This document shows, in pieces, positions 9,622 to 18,321 of a stretch of 37,490 bases of DNA (position 1 is its first letter; each line of letters opens with the position of its first letter). Source of the stretch: an uncultured virus (IMG/VR IMGVR_UViG_3300042993_000002) (Duplodnaviria > Heunggongvirae > Uroviricota > Caudoviricetes). A program made the position numbers and the translations under genes. The stretch lies in IMG/VR virus record IMGVR_UViG_3300042993_000002. One strand, 5' to 3'. The notes beneath the pieces are model-generated. The model did no database searches. It worked only from the letters and a program-made list of their open reading frames with translations, and was not told where the DNA came from.

Positions 9622-9851
9622 CTAAACCATTTGTTTCAATCGATGCACGAAATAGCTTGACGCAAGTCATGGAAGTGGGTACTCTGATGATCCACAACGA
9701 GCAACCACCAATGATTGTAATGGTGACTGATCTTGGGGGTGAACAAGCTGGAGATTTTACTGGTGTTGTAATCGATACTGGTGTAAGCTTGAACTCTTGG
9801 ATCAGAAGCGAGTTCACATTCTTTGAAGGCTCTATCACACTTACTCAATAA
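9618..9851 (+). CDS. hypothetical small beta protein (paralog family A)
   Basis: GAGG RBS; ATGA coupling. Confidence 0.75.
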   Translation: MTKPFVSIDARNSLTQVMEVGTLMIHNEQPPMIVMVTDLGGEQAGDFTGVVIDTGVSLNSWIRSEFTFFEGSITLTQ

Positions 9852-9860
9852 GGAGGTTAT

Positions 9861-10115
9861 ATGACTGTAATCAAAGTTAAAACTGGCGTTCAGATAGATA
9901 CCACTATCTTCCAGAAAGACGATCTGGTATTCTTGAAAGACGGAAAGGAGCACATACCTTCGTATAAGAATCGCCCAGTGATCGTTACTAGCGATATGAA
10001 CCGTGGTGATCGCAACTTCAAAGGCTTCTGCCTCATAAGTAATGAGTTGGTGGACAACTTCGTAGCAGATTGTTTTGAGTTCTCTGCCACCAATACTGTA
10101 ACCATTTCGAACTAA
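9861..10115 (+). CDS. hypothetical small beta protein (paralog family A)
   Basis: AAGGAGG RBS. Confidence 0.78.
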   Translation: MTVIKVKTGVQIDTTIFQKDDLVFLKDGKEHIPSYKNRPVIVTSDMNRGDRNFKGFCLISNELVDNFVADCFEFSATNTVTISN

Positions 10116-10125
10116 GGAGAATCAA

Positions 10126-10554
10126 ATGCAAATTTCTAAATCTTCGTGGCACTACCGTTTCACTGACACCTTCATCAGCTCTTTCGCTGGTAAATGTAAG
10201 CGTGGGCAACACACCACTTGCTCTTACATTCGTGCTTTCATCTACGCTGTAATCTCTGCAATTACTTGCACAGCATTCTTCGGTGGCTTGGCAGCAGCGG
10301 CTCTGTTTATCGTAGCAAGCATGATCAGCGTTCCTGTGATGATCTTCTTCCTCCCTCTGGTTCATATTCCAGAAGTGATGTTAGTGATGGCAACAATGGC
10401 TTGGATTATGGTGGGTATTGGCTTGGGTGTTTACCTGATCAGCCTTCTGGCCAAGTACGGCTCTGAGTGGTCTGAGAAACGTCACACGCTGATGATTCAG
10501 GCAATGCAAGACAAGAAAGACGGCATCTGCACCATCGTTCGTATCGTTGACTAA
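10126..10554 (+). CDS. membrane protein
   Basis: AAGGAG RBS; two long hydrophobic segments. Confidence 0.8.
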   Translation: MQISKSSWHYRFTDTFISSFAGKCKRGQHTTCSYIRAFIYAVISAITCTAFFGGLAAAALFIVASMISVPVMIFFLPLVHIPEVMLVMATMAWIMVGIGLGVYLISLLAKYGSEWSEKRHTLMIQAMQDKKDGICTIVRIVD

Positions 10555-10564
10555 AGGAGGATAT

Positions 10565-10978
10565 ATGACTATCAAAATGCGTCTTGACACGGAGGGTCTT
10601 CGAGCCCTCATTGCTAACAACCCAGAATTGGAAATTGAGATTGGCCGTGAGGTTATGAACAACATCCAAACTGATTCGATTAAAGGTAAGATCGAAGGAC
10701 AGATTGCCTCCTGCCTAAAAGGTATGGTACAGTCTTCTGGCGGTTGGAACCCTGTCTACACTGCGAAATCCCCAGAGCTAGCCAAGGCTGTTGGTGCTGC
10801 TGTAGATGCCCAGATTAAGGATATCGTGAGAGAACGACTTGACGGAGTGATCAGTGACCGCGTAGGATCAGCTCTTCGAATTGAACGAGAGTTCTTGATG
10901 AAGGACGTAAAAGCTCTTCTGAAAGAATTTGTGACACCAGAAATGGCACGTGATATCATGCGTGAGAAACTTTTGTAA
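10565..10978 (+). CDS. hypothetical helical protein
   Basis: AAGGAGG RBS before ATG 10565. Confidence 0.8.
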   Translation: MTIKMRLDTEGLRALIANNPELEIEIGREVMNNIQTDSIKGKIEGQIASCLKGMVQSSGGWNPVYTAKSPELAKAVGAAVDAQIKDIVRERLDGVISDRVGSALRIEREFLMKDVKALLKEFVTPEMARDIMREKLL

Positions 10979-10992
10979 TTAAGGAGAACACA

Positions 10993-12027
10993 ATGTCCGG
11001 CTCACCAGCACCATACAAAGCAGCAATCAAACTGAGCGATTTCGATTCGTTGATCGAACAGAAGCTGGTTCGTGTGAAGAATTACCCAGAGCAGAACCTC
11101 TGTGTAATCAAATACCAAGGGAAAGTGTTTTACGACAATCTCTGGGGCCAAGATAAAATGCTGAATGAAGCTCGTGGCATTGTGTTCGACACCACCACTG
11201 GTGAGGTGGTCATCTGGCCCTTCACCAAGGTGTTCAACCATCACGAGAACGGTACAAAGCTTGACCCAGAAACGATGGTGATTGCTCCACGTAAGGTGAA
11301 CGGCTTCATGGCTTCGGTATCGTCCCACAACGGTGAAATGCTGATCGCTACAACTGGCACTCTGGATAGCGATTATGTTGGGTACGCACGAGAATATCTT
11401 GAGCATACTACTATCAAATCTATTGTTCAGAACCTGACAACCAACGTGAACACCTTGTTGTTTGAAATCTGTCACCCTTCTGATCCGCACATCGTGGATG
11501 AGGCTCACGGAGCCTACCTGATTGGTGGTCGTAACCATGAGACTGGCCTGATGTTCACTGAGCAACACCTTGACGCTATTGCGAAAGATACTGCAATGAA
11601 GCGGCCTGAGTGGTTTCGTATGAAGTTTGGCGACCTTGTGAAGCTGTCTCGTACAGTGGATCACGAAGGTTTCATGGTAAGGCTCCTTGACGGAACTACA
11701 GTCATGAAAATCAAGACGCCTCACTACCTCACGAAGAAATTCCTCATGCGTATGGGTGCGAAGAAAGTTGAACTGCTGTACAACGATGTACAATTCAAAC
11801 AAACAATCGATGAAGAATATTACGACCTTGTTGACCACATCAAAGAGAACTACTCGAAAGAGACGTTCCTTGGGATGTCTGACCAAGAGCGTAAAACTGG
11901 AATCGAAGCATTTTGGAGGGAACGTGATGCAAAAGCCTATGCTATATCTGGTCCGGGGATTACCGGGCAGCGGGAAGTCTACACTGGCTGCGACTCTGGC
12001 AACTGCCTTGCGTGCGCCACACTTTGA
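10993..12027 (+). CDS. RNA ligase 1 (T4 Rnl1-like)
   Basis: EARGIVF, PFTKVFN, motif I KVNG, TLLFEIC, HIV, EGFMV, MKIKTPHY. Confidence 0.88.
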   Translation: MSGSPAPYKAAIKLSDFDSLIEQKLVRVKNYPEQNLCVIKYQGKVFYDNLWGQDKMLNEARGIVFDTTTGEVVIWPFTKVFNHHENGTKLDPETMVIAPRKVNGFMASVSSHNGEMLIATTGTLDSDYVGYAREYLEHTTIKSIVQNLTTNVNTLLFEICHPSDPHIVDEAHGAYLIGGRNHETGLMFTEQHLDAIAKDTAMKRPEWFRMKFGDLVKLSRTVDHEGFMVRLLDGTTVMKIKTPHYLTKKFLMRMGAKKVELLYNDVQFKQTIDEEYYDLVDHIKENYSKETFLGMSDQERKTGIEAFWRERDAKAYAISGPGITGQREVYTGCDSGNCLACATL

Positions 12028-12328
12028 GCATGACAAGTATCTTTACACGCCTGAAGGTGAGTACCTTTGGACAGAATCTCGCATGGCTTATGCTTACCGT
12101 CAGTGCTTGCGGGATACAGAGTCGAAAATGGGCGTTACTCAGAGCATCGTTGTATCGAACGTATTTCCAACGAAGCGTTCGATGAAAAACTATGTAAAGC
12201 TTGCAGAAGAGTACGATTATGGTGTAACCTACGTCGTAGTTGAGAACCGCCGAGGCGGGATGAACATTCACAACGTTCCAGATGAAGCTCTCGCAGGAAT
12301 GCGAGCATCCTTTCAAGTGGAGTTGTGA
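11927..12328 (+). CDS. P-loop kinase (Pnk kinase / AAA_33-like)
   Basis: LVRGLPGSGKSTLA, VVSNVF, HNVP; GGAGG RBS before ATG 11927. Confidence 0.85.
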   Translation: MQKPMLYLVRGLPGSGKSTLAATLATALRAPHFEHDKYLYTPEGEYLWTESRMAYAYRQCLRDTESKMGVTQSIVVSNVFPTKRSMKNYVKLAEEYDYGVTYVVVENRRGGMNIHNVPDEALAGMRASFQVEL

Positions 12329-12329
12329 C

Positions 12330-12539
12330 ATGGCTCAATCGAAGACACAAACAATCAAGGAGGTGCTTTCGGGCACCTTTCTCGGAATGGCCGGGAGTTG
12401 GTTGATTACAATGGGCTGTCTCAGCGTATTCACGTCAGCAATAGCGATTGCGACCAGCACAACATTAGGCTGTACGGTTTGGAGCCTTGCACGAGGTTAC
12501 GCAATCCGTCGCTACTTTAACAGTAAGGAGGCAGAATGA
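12330..12539 (+). CDS. small two-TM membrane protein
   Basis: GGAG RBS; MAQSKTQTIKE...SLARGYAIRRYFN. Confidence 0.75.
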   Translation: MAQSKTQTIKEVLSGTFLGMAGSWLITMGCLSVFTSAIAIATSTTLGCTVWSLARGYAIRRYFNSKEAE

Positions 12540-13384
12540 TTACTTATACGAATGATGCACTAGGCTCGAACATCACTACTACCGTCCGTCAGTGGAATTT
12601 CCCCGGTGGTGAAGTTGGTGTTGACATCAACAATCTATCTCAGGTAGACGGTATGCACGCAGAACGTGTTTACGTCTATGCACAACTCCAGAACAGTGAC
12701 GATGTGATGGCACTTTTGATGGCAACTGATGCACTGCGTATGGAGTTCCCTTTGGCGAAGTTCATGCTCGACCTGCCGTATATCCCGTATGCACGTCAAG
12801 ATCGTGTGTGTAACGCTGGTGAAGCTCTGAGCATCAAGGTCTTTGGTCGTCTGATCAATAGCCTGAAATACGATATGGTTCAAGTGACGGACCCTCACAG
12901 TGCTGTCTCTCTGGCCTGCATTGATAACGTATCTGTACGTGACCAATACTCCGTCTTTGGTGACATCAAGCTATCGTTCAATGATGTGACAATCGTTGCA
13001 CCAGACCAAGGCGCCACAAAGAAGTGTGAAGAGTTTGCCAAGAAAGTAGGTGCTGCTGGTGTGATCACTTGCTCGAAGACTCGTAACCTTGCTGACGGCA
13101 AGATCATTGGCATGACTGTGGATGGCCCCGGCGATATGAGCCACTTGAACCTATTGGTTCTGGACGACATCTGCGATGGTGGACGCACGTTCATTGAACT
13201 GGCTCTGCTTCTGGAAACTCGTAACCCGAAGACTCTGGAATTGGCTGTCACTCACGGCATCTTCTCGAAAGGCGTTGATGTAGTGTCGAATCACTACGAC
13301 CACATCTACACCACGAATTCGTTCCGCAATGACTTGAAGTCGGAATTTAAAGACACACTCACCGTAATTGACTTGGGAGATTGA
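12536..13384 (+). CDS. ribose-phosphate pyrophosphokinase-like enzyme (probable NARP1 ADPR-PP synthase, Adps)
   Basis: FPGGE, PYIPYARQDR, DPHS, APDQGA, DDICDGGRTF, VTHGIFS. Confidence 0.9.
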   Translation: MITYTNDALGSNITTTVRQWNFPGGEVGVDINNLSQVDGMHAERVYVYAQLQNSDDVMALLMATDALRMEFPLAKFMLDLPYIPYARQDRVCNAGEALSIKVFGRLINSLKYDMVQVTDPHSAVSLACIDNVSVRDQYSVFGDIKLSFNDVTIVAPDQGATKKCEEFAKKVGAAGVITCSKTRNLADGKIIGMTVDGPGDMSHLNLLVLDDICDGGRTFIELALLLETRNPKTLELAVTHGIFSKGVDVVSNHYDHIYTTNSFRNDLKSEFKDTLTVIDLGD

Positions 13385-13386
13385 AG

Positions 13387-13806
13387 ATGGAAGGTATTAT
13401 TTTTGCAGTAGGTTTTCTTATCATTGTCTTTGCATGTTATTGCATCATGAAAGAAAGCGATGAGACACGTCGTCGTAAGGAATATGCTGCCGAACGTATC
13501 CGTCGAATGCAGGAAGAACGTGACCGTGTGGTTCAGGAAGAGTATATGCGTCAGGCAGCTCGTGTCTCGTATCCTTCCCGTACCGCTCCAGTGACCACGG
13601 GAAAGCCGACCAAGGCTTCTCCACGCTCAAGCGGCGGAAGCACTGAGTTGAAACGTCACGATAATTCTTTTGATAATGTTGTTGACAGCTACTCCACTCC
13701 AACGTATCATTCATCCCACAAGAGCAGCGGTTGCTCAAGCAGCTACAGTTCATCGAGTGATAGCAGCTCTTCAAGCAGTGATTCCGGTGGCGGTGGCTGC
13801 GACTAA
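13387..13806 (+). CDS. N-terminally anchored membrane protein with Ser/Gly-rich tail
   Basis: N-terminal TM; charged helix; tail SSSYSSSSDSSSSSSDSGGGGCD. Confidence 0.75.
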   Translation: MEGIIFAVGFLIIVFACYCIMKESDETRRRKEYAAERIRRMQEERDRVVQEEYMRQAARVSYPSRTAPVTTGKPTKASPRSSGGSTELKRHDNSFDNVVDSYSTPTYHSSHKSSGCSSSYSSSSDSSSSSSDSGGGGCD

Positions 13807-13826
13807 TCTAACAAAGGAGGATTCAA

Positions 13827-14429
13827 ATGTTCAAGAAAGTTATTGCGGGTGTACTGGCTGGTGCAATTCTGGTTATGGGTGTCGGCTTTGCTGAAGCCAA
13901 GAGCCGTGTAAGCTCTAAGCCTAGCTTCTCCAAGCCAAGCTACTCTGCTCCAAAGGTGTCTCGTCCCTCGGTTGTGTCTCGACCAGCAGTTGTAAGTCGT
14001 CCTGTTGTAACACGCACAGTGACCAAACAAACTCCTGTTTACCGTTCTGCTCCACGGAACACTACGGTGATTCAGAAGAACTATTACGGAGGCAACAGTG
14101 GTTATAATCGCGGTCATTCTGGCTACAATTCTGGTGGTGGCTACGGTGGCAGCATGGGCGGTGGTTCTGGTTTGGGTACTTCAATCGTAGGTGGTGCTGC
14201 TGGTGCAGTTGGTGGTATGCTTTTGATGGACGCACTGACTGAAGACGAAGGCGAGAAAGCTCTGAAGCTGCAACAAGAGCAGATCAAAATCGATGAAGCC
14301 AAGGCTCAGCAGGAACGTGACGACAAACAGGATCAGATTCTGGAGAATCAAGAGCAAGGTGAGGCTGTAATCGCTGAACCATCTGATTCGTTCTTCAAAG
14401 TGAATCCTGAGTTGATTCCAGCTCAATGA
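13827..14429 (+). CDS. exported/membrane protein with S/R/P-rich and Gly-rich regions
   Basis: AAGGAGG RBS; signal peptide ending AEA; glycine-zipper-like GGAAGAVGG. Confidence 0.8.
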   Translation: MFKKVIAGVLAGAILVMGVGFAEAKSRVSSKPSFSKPSYSAPKVSRPSVVSRPAVVSRPVVTRTVTKQTPVYRSAPRNTTVIQKNYYGGNSGYNRGHSGYNSGGGYGGSMGGGSGLGTSIVGGAAGAVGGMLLMDALTEDEGEKALKLQQEQIKIDEAKAQQERDDKQDQILENQEQGEAVIAEPSDSFFKVNPELIPAQ

Positions 14430-14968
14430 GTGGACTACACACTTGGCGCTCTATTGCAGGCTATGAAGGTCTTTACGATATAAACGAGTGCGGGGTGGTT
14501 AGAAGCTGCCCTCGCCGCGTATCCCGAGGCACGTATGAAGTCGACTGGACGGGTGGCTACATGTCTCCAAATGACCATACGAGCGGTTACTCGCAAGTCC
14601 ATCTTTCAAAGGATGGTGTGATTGAATATAAGTATATTCACAGATTGGTGGCGGAAACATTCCATGAGAACCCTGAAGGTAAGGCATATGTCAACCATAA
14701 AGACGGGAACAAGAAGAATAACCACGAACTAAATCTTGAATGGGCAACTCCCACAGAGAATTCAAATCATGCACTTGAAACTGGACTTAGGCCAAGAAAT
14801 CTATTGACAGTATTTGATAAAGCCGGTAACATCCTCTACACAGACAAGGCAGTATACGAGCTTGTCGAGTTAGGGTATCAGCAACCTGCGATTTCACGAT
14901 GCCTCAGTGGTAAGCTAAAGAGCCATAGAGGTTGCACATTCCAAATTCAGAAGGAGGATTTACAATGA
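14426..14968 (+). CDS. free-standing NUMOD4-HNH homing endonuclease
   Basis: WRSIAGYEGLYDI (NUMOD4); HRLVAETF..VNHKDGNKKNN..NLEW (HNH); C-terminal NUMOD1-like ISRCL. Confidence 0.92.
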   Translation: MSGLHTWRSIAGYEGLYDINECGVVRSCPRRVSRGTYEVDWTGGYMSPNDHTSGYSQVHLSKDGVIEYKYIHRLVAETFHENPEGKAYVNHKDGNKKNNHELNLEWATPTENSNHALETGLRPRNLLTVFDKAGNILYTDKAVYELVELGYQQPAISRCLSGKLKSHRGCTFQIQKEDLQ

Positions 14969-16506
14969 AAGTTTTCGCACCCCACGGAGTTGATGGCTAT
15001 AAGCTTGGACATGCAGACCAATATCCAGTTGGTACTGAAATGGTTTACTCGAACAACACTCCACGATCCAATCGTCTGTTCAAGGGCTCTTCGCTCTACG
15101 ATGGTAAGCTGGTAGCCTTTGGCCCACAAGGCGGCTTCCAAGAAATCGTTGAATACTGGAATGAATCGTTCTTCTCGCAACCGAAAGAGAAAGTGATTGC
15201 TCGCTTCACCCGTCGTGTTAATGCCTATTTGGGTGAAGGTGTCGTAAACACTGCTCGTATGGCTGCACTGCACGATCTGGGCTTCTTGCCTATCCGTGTG
15301 AAGACTATGCCTGAAGGCACTCGCATCAGCATGAAGATTCCACTCTTCACTGTTATGTCCACCTTCCCTGAGTTCTTCTGGGTGACCAATTACTTGGAAA
15401 CCATCATGTCGAACATGACTTGGAAGCAAGCGACCAACGCAACAATCGCTGGTGAATATCGTAAACTGGCAAACCATTATGCTGAAAAGACCGGCTTCGA
15501 TATGAACCTCGTTCAGTTCCAGTGCCATGACTTCTCGATGCGTGGTATGTCTGGACTGGAAGACGCGATTCGTGCTGCCTCTGGTCACAGCCTGTTCTTC
15601 TCGGGTACTGACACTTTCGCAGTGCTGGATTACCTCGAAGATTACTACGGTGTGAATACTGACGAAGAGTTGGTTGGCTGCTCTGTAGCTGCAACTGAAC
15701 ACGCTGTAAGCTCTAGCAACATCCTGTTCCGTATGGCTCGTATCAAGCAGAAGATGGCTCTGGCTAACATCCGTGAAGGGGATCTTGACGCTCGACTGGA
15801 AGCAGAAGTTGACTTCATGCACGACTACATCACCCGCATTGTCCCAACCGGCATTGCATCGTATGTAGCTGACACCTACGATTACTGGGGTGTTCTGACC
15901 AAAGTGTTGCCACGTCTGAAAGACATCATCATGGCTCGTGACGGCAAGCTGGTTATCCGTCCTGACTCGGGTGATCCACTGAAAGTAATTTGTGGTGATC
16001 CAGACGCTGAACCGGGCAGTCCAGAGTTCAAAGGTTCTCTGCAAATCTTGTGGGAAACCTTCGGTGGTACTATCACTGAGACTGGTCACAAACTACTGGA
16101 TTCGCACATTGGTCTGATCTACGGTGACAGCATCACCCTGCAACGTTTCGAAGCGATTCTGAAGCGAATGGAAGAACTGGGTTTCAGCTCTGGCTGTGCA
16201 GTGTTTGGTATTGGTTCTTACACCTACCAGATGAACACACGGGATACCTTCGGCTTCGCTGTGAAGGCAACTGCTTGCACTGTTAATGGTGAATTTGTAG
16301 AGATTTACAAAGACCCAGCAACTGGCGACGGTCTGAAGAAGTCTGCTAAAGGTTTGCTGCGTGTTGACTTGATTGATGGCGAGTACGTCCTCAAAGACCA
16401 ATGCACCTTCGAAGAAGAACGTGGTGGTGTGTTGAAGCTGCTGTTCGAGAATGGTCGCTTCTGGTTGGATGATCTGCAAACCATCAAAGGCCGTCTGGTT
16501 ATCTGA
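14965..16506 (+). CDS. nicotinamide phosphoribosyltransferase-like enzyme (probable NARP1 Namat)
   Basis: DGYKLGH..QYP, HDFSMRG, GTD, ATEH, VADTYD, IRPDSGDP, IYGDSIT, RDTFGFAVKAT, KKSAKG; AAGGAGG RBS. Confidence 0.92.
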   Translation: MKVFAPHGVDGYKLGHADQYPVGTEMVYSNNTPRSNRLFKGSSLYDGKLVAFGPQGGFQEIVEYWNESFFSQPKEKVIARFTRRVNAYLGEGVVNTARMAALHDLGFLPIRVKTMPEGTRISMKIPLFTVMSTFPEFFWVTNYLETIMSNMTWKQATNATIAGEYRKLANHYAEKTGFDMNLVQFQCHDFSMRGMSGLEDAIRAASGHSLFFSGTDTFAVLDYLEDYYGVNTDEELVGCSVAATEHAVSSSNILFRMARIKQKMALANIREGDLDARLEAEVDFMHDYITRIVPTGIASYVADTYDYWGVLTKVLPRLKDIIMARDGKLVIRPDSGDPLKVICGDPDAEPGSPEFKGSLQILWETFGGTITETGHKLLDSHIGLIYGDSITLQRFEAILKRMEELGFSSGCAVFGIGSYTYQMNTRDTFGFAVKATACTVNGEFVEIYKDPATGDGLKKSAKGLLRVDLIDGEYVLKDQCTFEEERGGVLKLLFENGRFWLDDLQTIKGRLVI

Positions 16507-16512
16507 TGTACC

Positions 16513-16547
16513 AGCCCCACTGACTATATGCGGTGGGGCTTTCTTTT
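16513..16547 (+). terminator. rho-independent terminator
   Basis: AGCCCCAC...GTGGGGCT followed by TTCTTTT. Confidence 0.8.
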
Positions 16548-16563
16548 CTAAGGAGGATTCAAA

Positions 16564-16782
16564 ATGAAAGACGCTCTGAGAGCATTGTTTGCACGTAAAT
16601 ACTTCATCACTTACGAGCTGAATCATTCCACCACTGGTCATAGGATCACTGGTTGGACCTTACGTCACCTGTGGCCGTGGCAGAACCTTGTACTTGAGGT
16701 CAAGACGCTGCGGGCCACAAAGCTGCATGAATTTGAAACTATGATTGACACTTTCGATGTCAAGACGGTGGGTCGCGTATGA
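16564..16782 (+). CDS. hypothetical protein
   Basis: AAGGAGG RBS. Confidence 0.75.
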   Translation: MKDALRALFARKYFITYELNHSTTGHRITGWTLRHLWPWQNLVLEVKTLRATKLHEFETMIDTFDVKTVGRV

Positions 16783-17237
16783 CTATCACTACCAAGAAAG
16801 GCTGTCTGATTGAAGGCTTCAAAGCTGGTGAAGTGGAAGCTATTGGGCATCAAGCCAACTGCCAGAACACAATGAACTCTGGCGTAGCCAAGGCTCTACG
16901 GGCTGAGTGGCCTCAAGTGTACGAAGCTGACTGTCAAACCCTCAAAGGTGATGTCAATAAGCTGGGCTCTCTGAGCTTCACGTTGTGTGAGCACGGCCCA
17001 ATCTTCAACCTGTACGGGCAACAGTTTTACGGGCGTGAGAAGGGTGTTGTATACACTTCGTTGGAAGCCCTTGACAAAGCCTTCGCAACTATGCGACTAT
17101 TCGTAGATGCTGGCGAACACAAAAGCGTAGGCTTCCCGAAACTAGGTGCTGGCTTGGGTGGAGCGAAATGGGCTGATGTTGAAGCTCTGATCGTGAAGCA
17201 CTTCGCTGGAATCGACGTGACGATCTACGTCAAATGA
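16779..17237 (+). CDS. macrodomain protein (ADP-ribose binding/hydrolase)
   Basis: HQANC..MNSGVAKAL, NLYGQ, FPKLGAGLGG..W. Confidence 0.9.
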   Translation: MTITTKKGCLIEGFKAGEVEAIGHQANCQNTMNSGVAKALRAEWPQVYEADCQTLKGDVNKLGSLSFTLCEHGPIFNLYGQQFYGREKGVVYTSLEALDKAFATMRLFVDAGEHKSVGFPKLGAGLGGAKWADVEALIVKHFAGIDVTIYVK

Positions 17238-17575
17238 GCCATCATAAAATGGTTGATCCGTGGAGTCGTAACGCATTCATGGCTTACGAACCAAAGGTGA
17301 TTGGTGTTGACTTTGATGAAACGATCAGCGACAATCCAGAAGGCTGGCTTCAAATCCTACTTCTAATGGAACGTATCGGATACCACGTCGTGATCGTCAC
17401 TTGGCGTAAGCCTACAGAGTGGCCCACTGATTTGGACTTTCTGGTTGACAAGGGTTTCAAAATCTACTACACTTCTCGCCAAGCAAAGAAGCAGTACATG
17501 GAACAACAAGGCATCAAGGTGTCTATCTGGGTGGACGACAATCCATTCGCAATTCTACATTCTCAAGGAGACTGA
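17234..17575 (+). CDS. small HAD-superfamily phosphatase
   Basis: GVDFDETI (DxD), IVTWR, K, WVDDNP. Confidence 0.8.
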   Translation: MSHHKMVDPWSRNAFMAYEPKVIGVDFDETISDNPEGWLQILLLMERIGYHVVIVTWRKPTEWPTDLDFLVDKGFKIYYTSRQAKKQYMEQQGIKVSIWVDDNPFAILHSQGD

Positions 17576-17576
17576 A

Positions 17577-17960
17577 ATGAACTTGAATCAAATTACTACC
17601 CGTATCGGTGAACTCTCGGCTGAGCTGTTGACCTTGCACAATGACCTTGCCTTCCTGACTGAAGGTGCCGTAGCTCGCCAACCAGAACATAGTGTCGCTG
17701 TTGATTGGCGTACCCTGAAAGAAGGTGACTTCATCCATGTGCAAACCGCATTCAAGGATCACGGCGGTGACTTAGTTGAGCCCGGTATTTACTCCATCGA
17801 TGACGTTGAAGAAGAAGATTATGATGGTGATCTACCATTCTCAATCTCTGGCAACGGGAAGGATGGTCATTGGGTTTACAACTCGGAGGAAGCCACTGAC
17901 TACAGCTCTCGTGGTAATCTGGGCACCAACGCCTACGGCTTGTTTCGGAAGGTGAATTGA
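17577..17960 (+). CDS. hypothetical protein (N-terminal coiled coil plus acidic beta domain)
   Basis: AAGGAG RBS before ATG 17577. Confidence 0.75.
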   Translation: MNLNQITTRIGELSAELLTLHNDLAFLTEGAVARQPEHSVAVDWRTLKEGDFIHVQTAFKDHGGDLVEPGIYSIDDVEEEDYDGDLPFSISGNGKDGHWVYNSEEATDYSSRGNLGTNAYGLFRKVN

Positions 17961-17961
17961 T

Positions 17962-18021
17962 ATGCTCACTGCATTCTTTCTGACCTTAATCATCTTCCTG
18001 CTACTGAGTCGCTACGCATGA
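17962..18021 (+). CDS. putative hydrophobic micropeptide MLTAFFLTLIIFLLLSRYA (19 aa)
   Basis: AAGGTG RBS; starts 1 nt after the previous stop; ATGA-coupled to the next ORF. Confidence 0.45.
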   Translation: MLTAFFLTLIIFLLLSRYA

Positions 18022-18110
18022 TCTGGGCTTTTCTGGGTGGTGTGATTGTTGGTGGCATTCTCGGTGTAGTAGGATTGGCTGGACTAATCGTCATTCACTG
18101 GCGTAGATAA
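18018..18110 (+). CDS. putative single-TM micropeptide (30 aa)
   Basis: MIWAFLGGVIVGGILGVVGLAGLIVIHWRR; ATGA coupling; basic C-terminus. Confidence 0.55.
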   Translation: MIWAFLGGVIVGGILGVVGLAGLIVIHWRR

Positions 18111-18113
18111 CGC

Positions 18114-18145
18114 TTGACTTATACCGCCTTCGGGCGGTATTCTTT
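18114..18145 (+). promoter_or_regulatory. overlapping terminator-like hairpin and sigma70-like promoter
   Basis: TTGACT-18bp-TATTCT with ATACCGCC-TTCG-GGCGGTAT-TCTTT embedded. Confidence 0.6.
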
Positions 18146-18168
18146 GGTCTTCAGAAAAGGAGAACACT

Positions 18169-18321
18169 ATGTACAGAGACGCAGTTGAATACAAACCGGG
18201 ACATTGGCTTGCACCGGGTAGTGAAGCTCTTGAGCTTTACAAGGCAAGGAAGTTCAAAGAGCTAGAAGAACTATTGAAGAAAACAGACGCTGCTTGGCGT
18301 AAGTTGGAGGGACGACCGTGA
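18169..18321 (+). CDS. small hypothetical protein (50 aa)
   Basis: AAGGAG RBS; GTGA coupling to the next gene. Confidence 0.7.
   Translation: MYRDAVEYKPGHWLAPGSEALELYKARKFKELEELLKKTDAAWRKLEGRP

Noticed and set aside
11002..12036. 344-aa antisense ORF (likewise 4829-5866, 14947-16089, 31736-32518 and other long opposite-strand ORFs)
   Set aside because: Shadows of well-supported genes caused by codon bias; no RBS or motifs.
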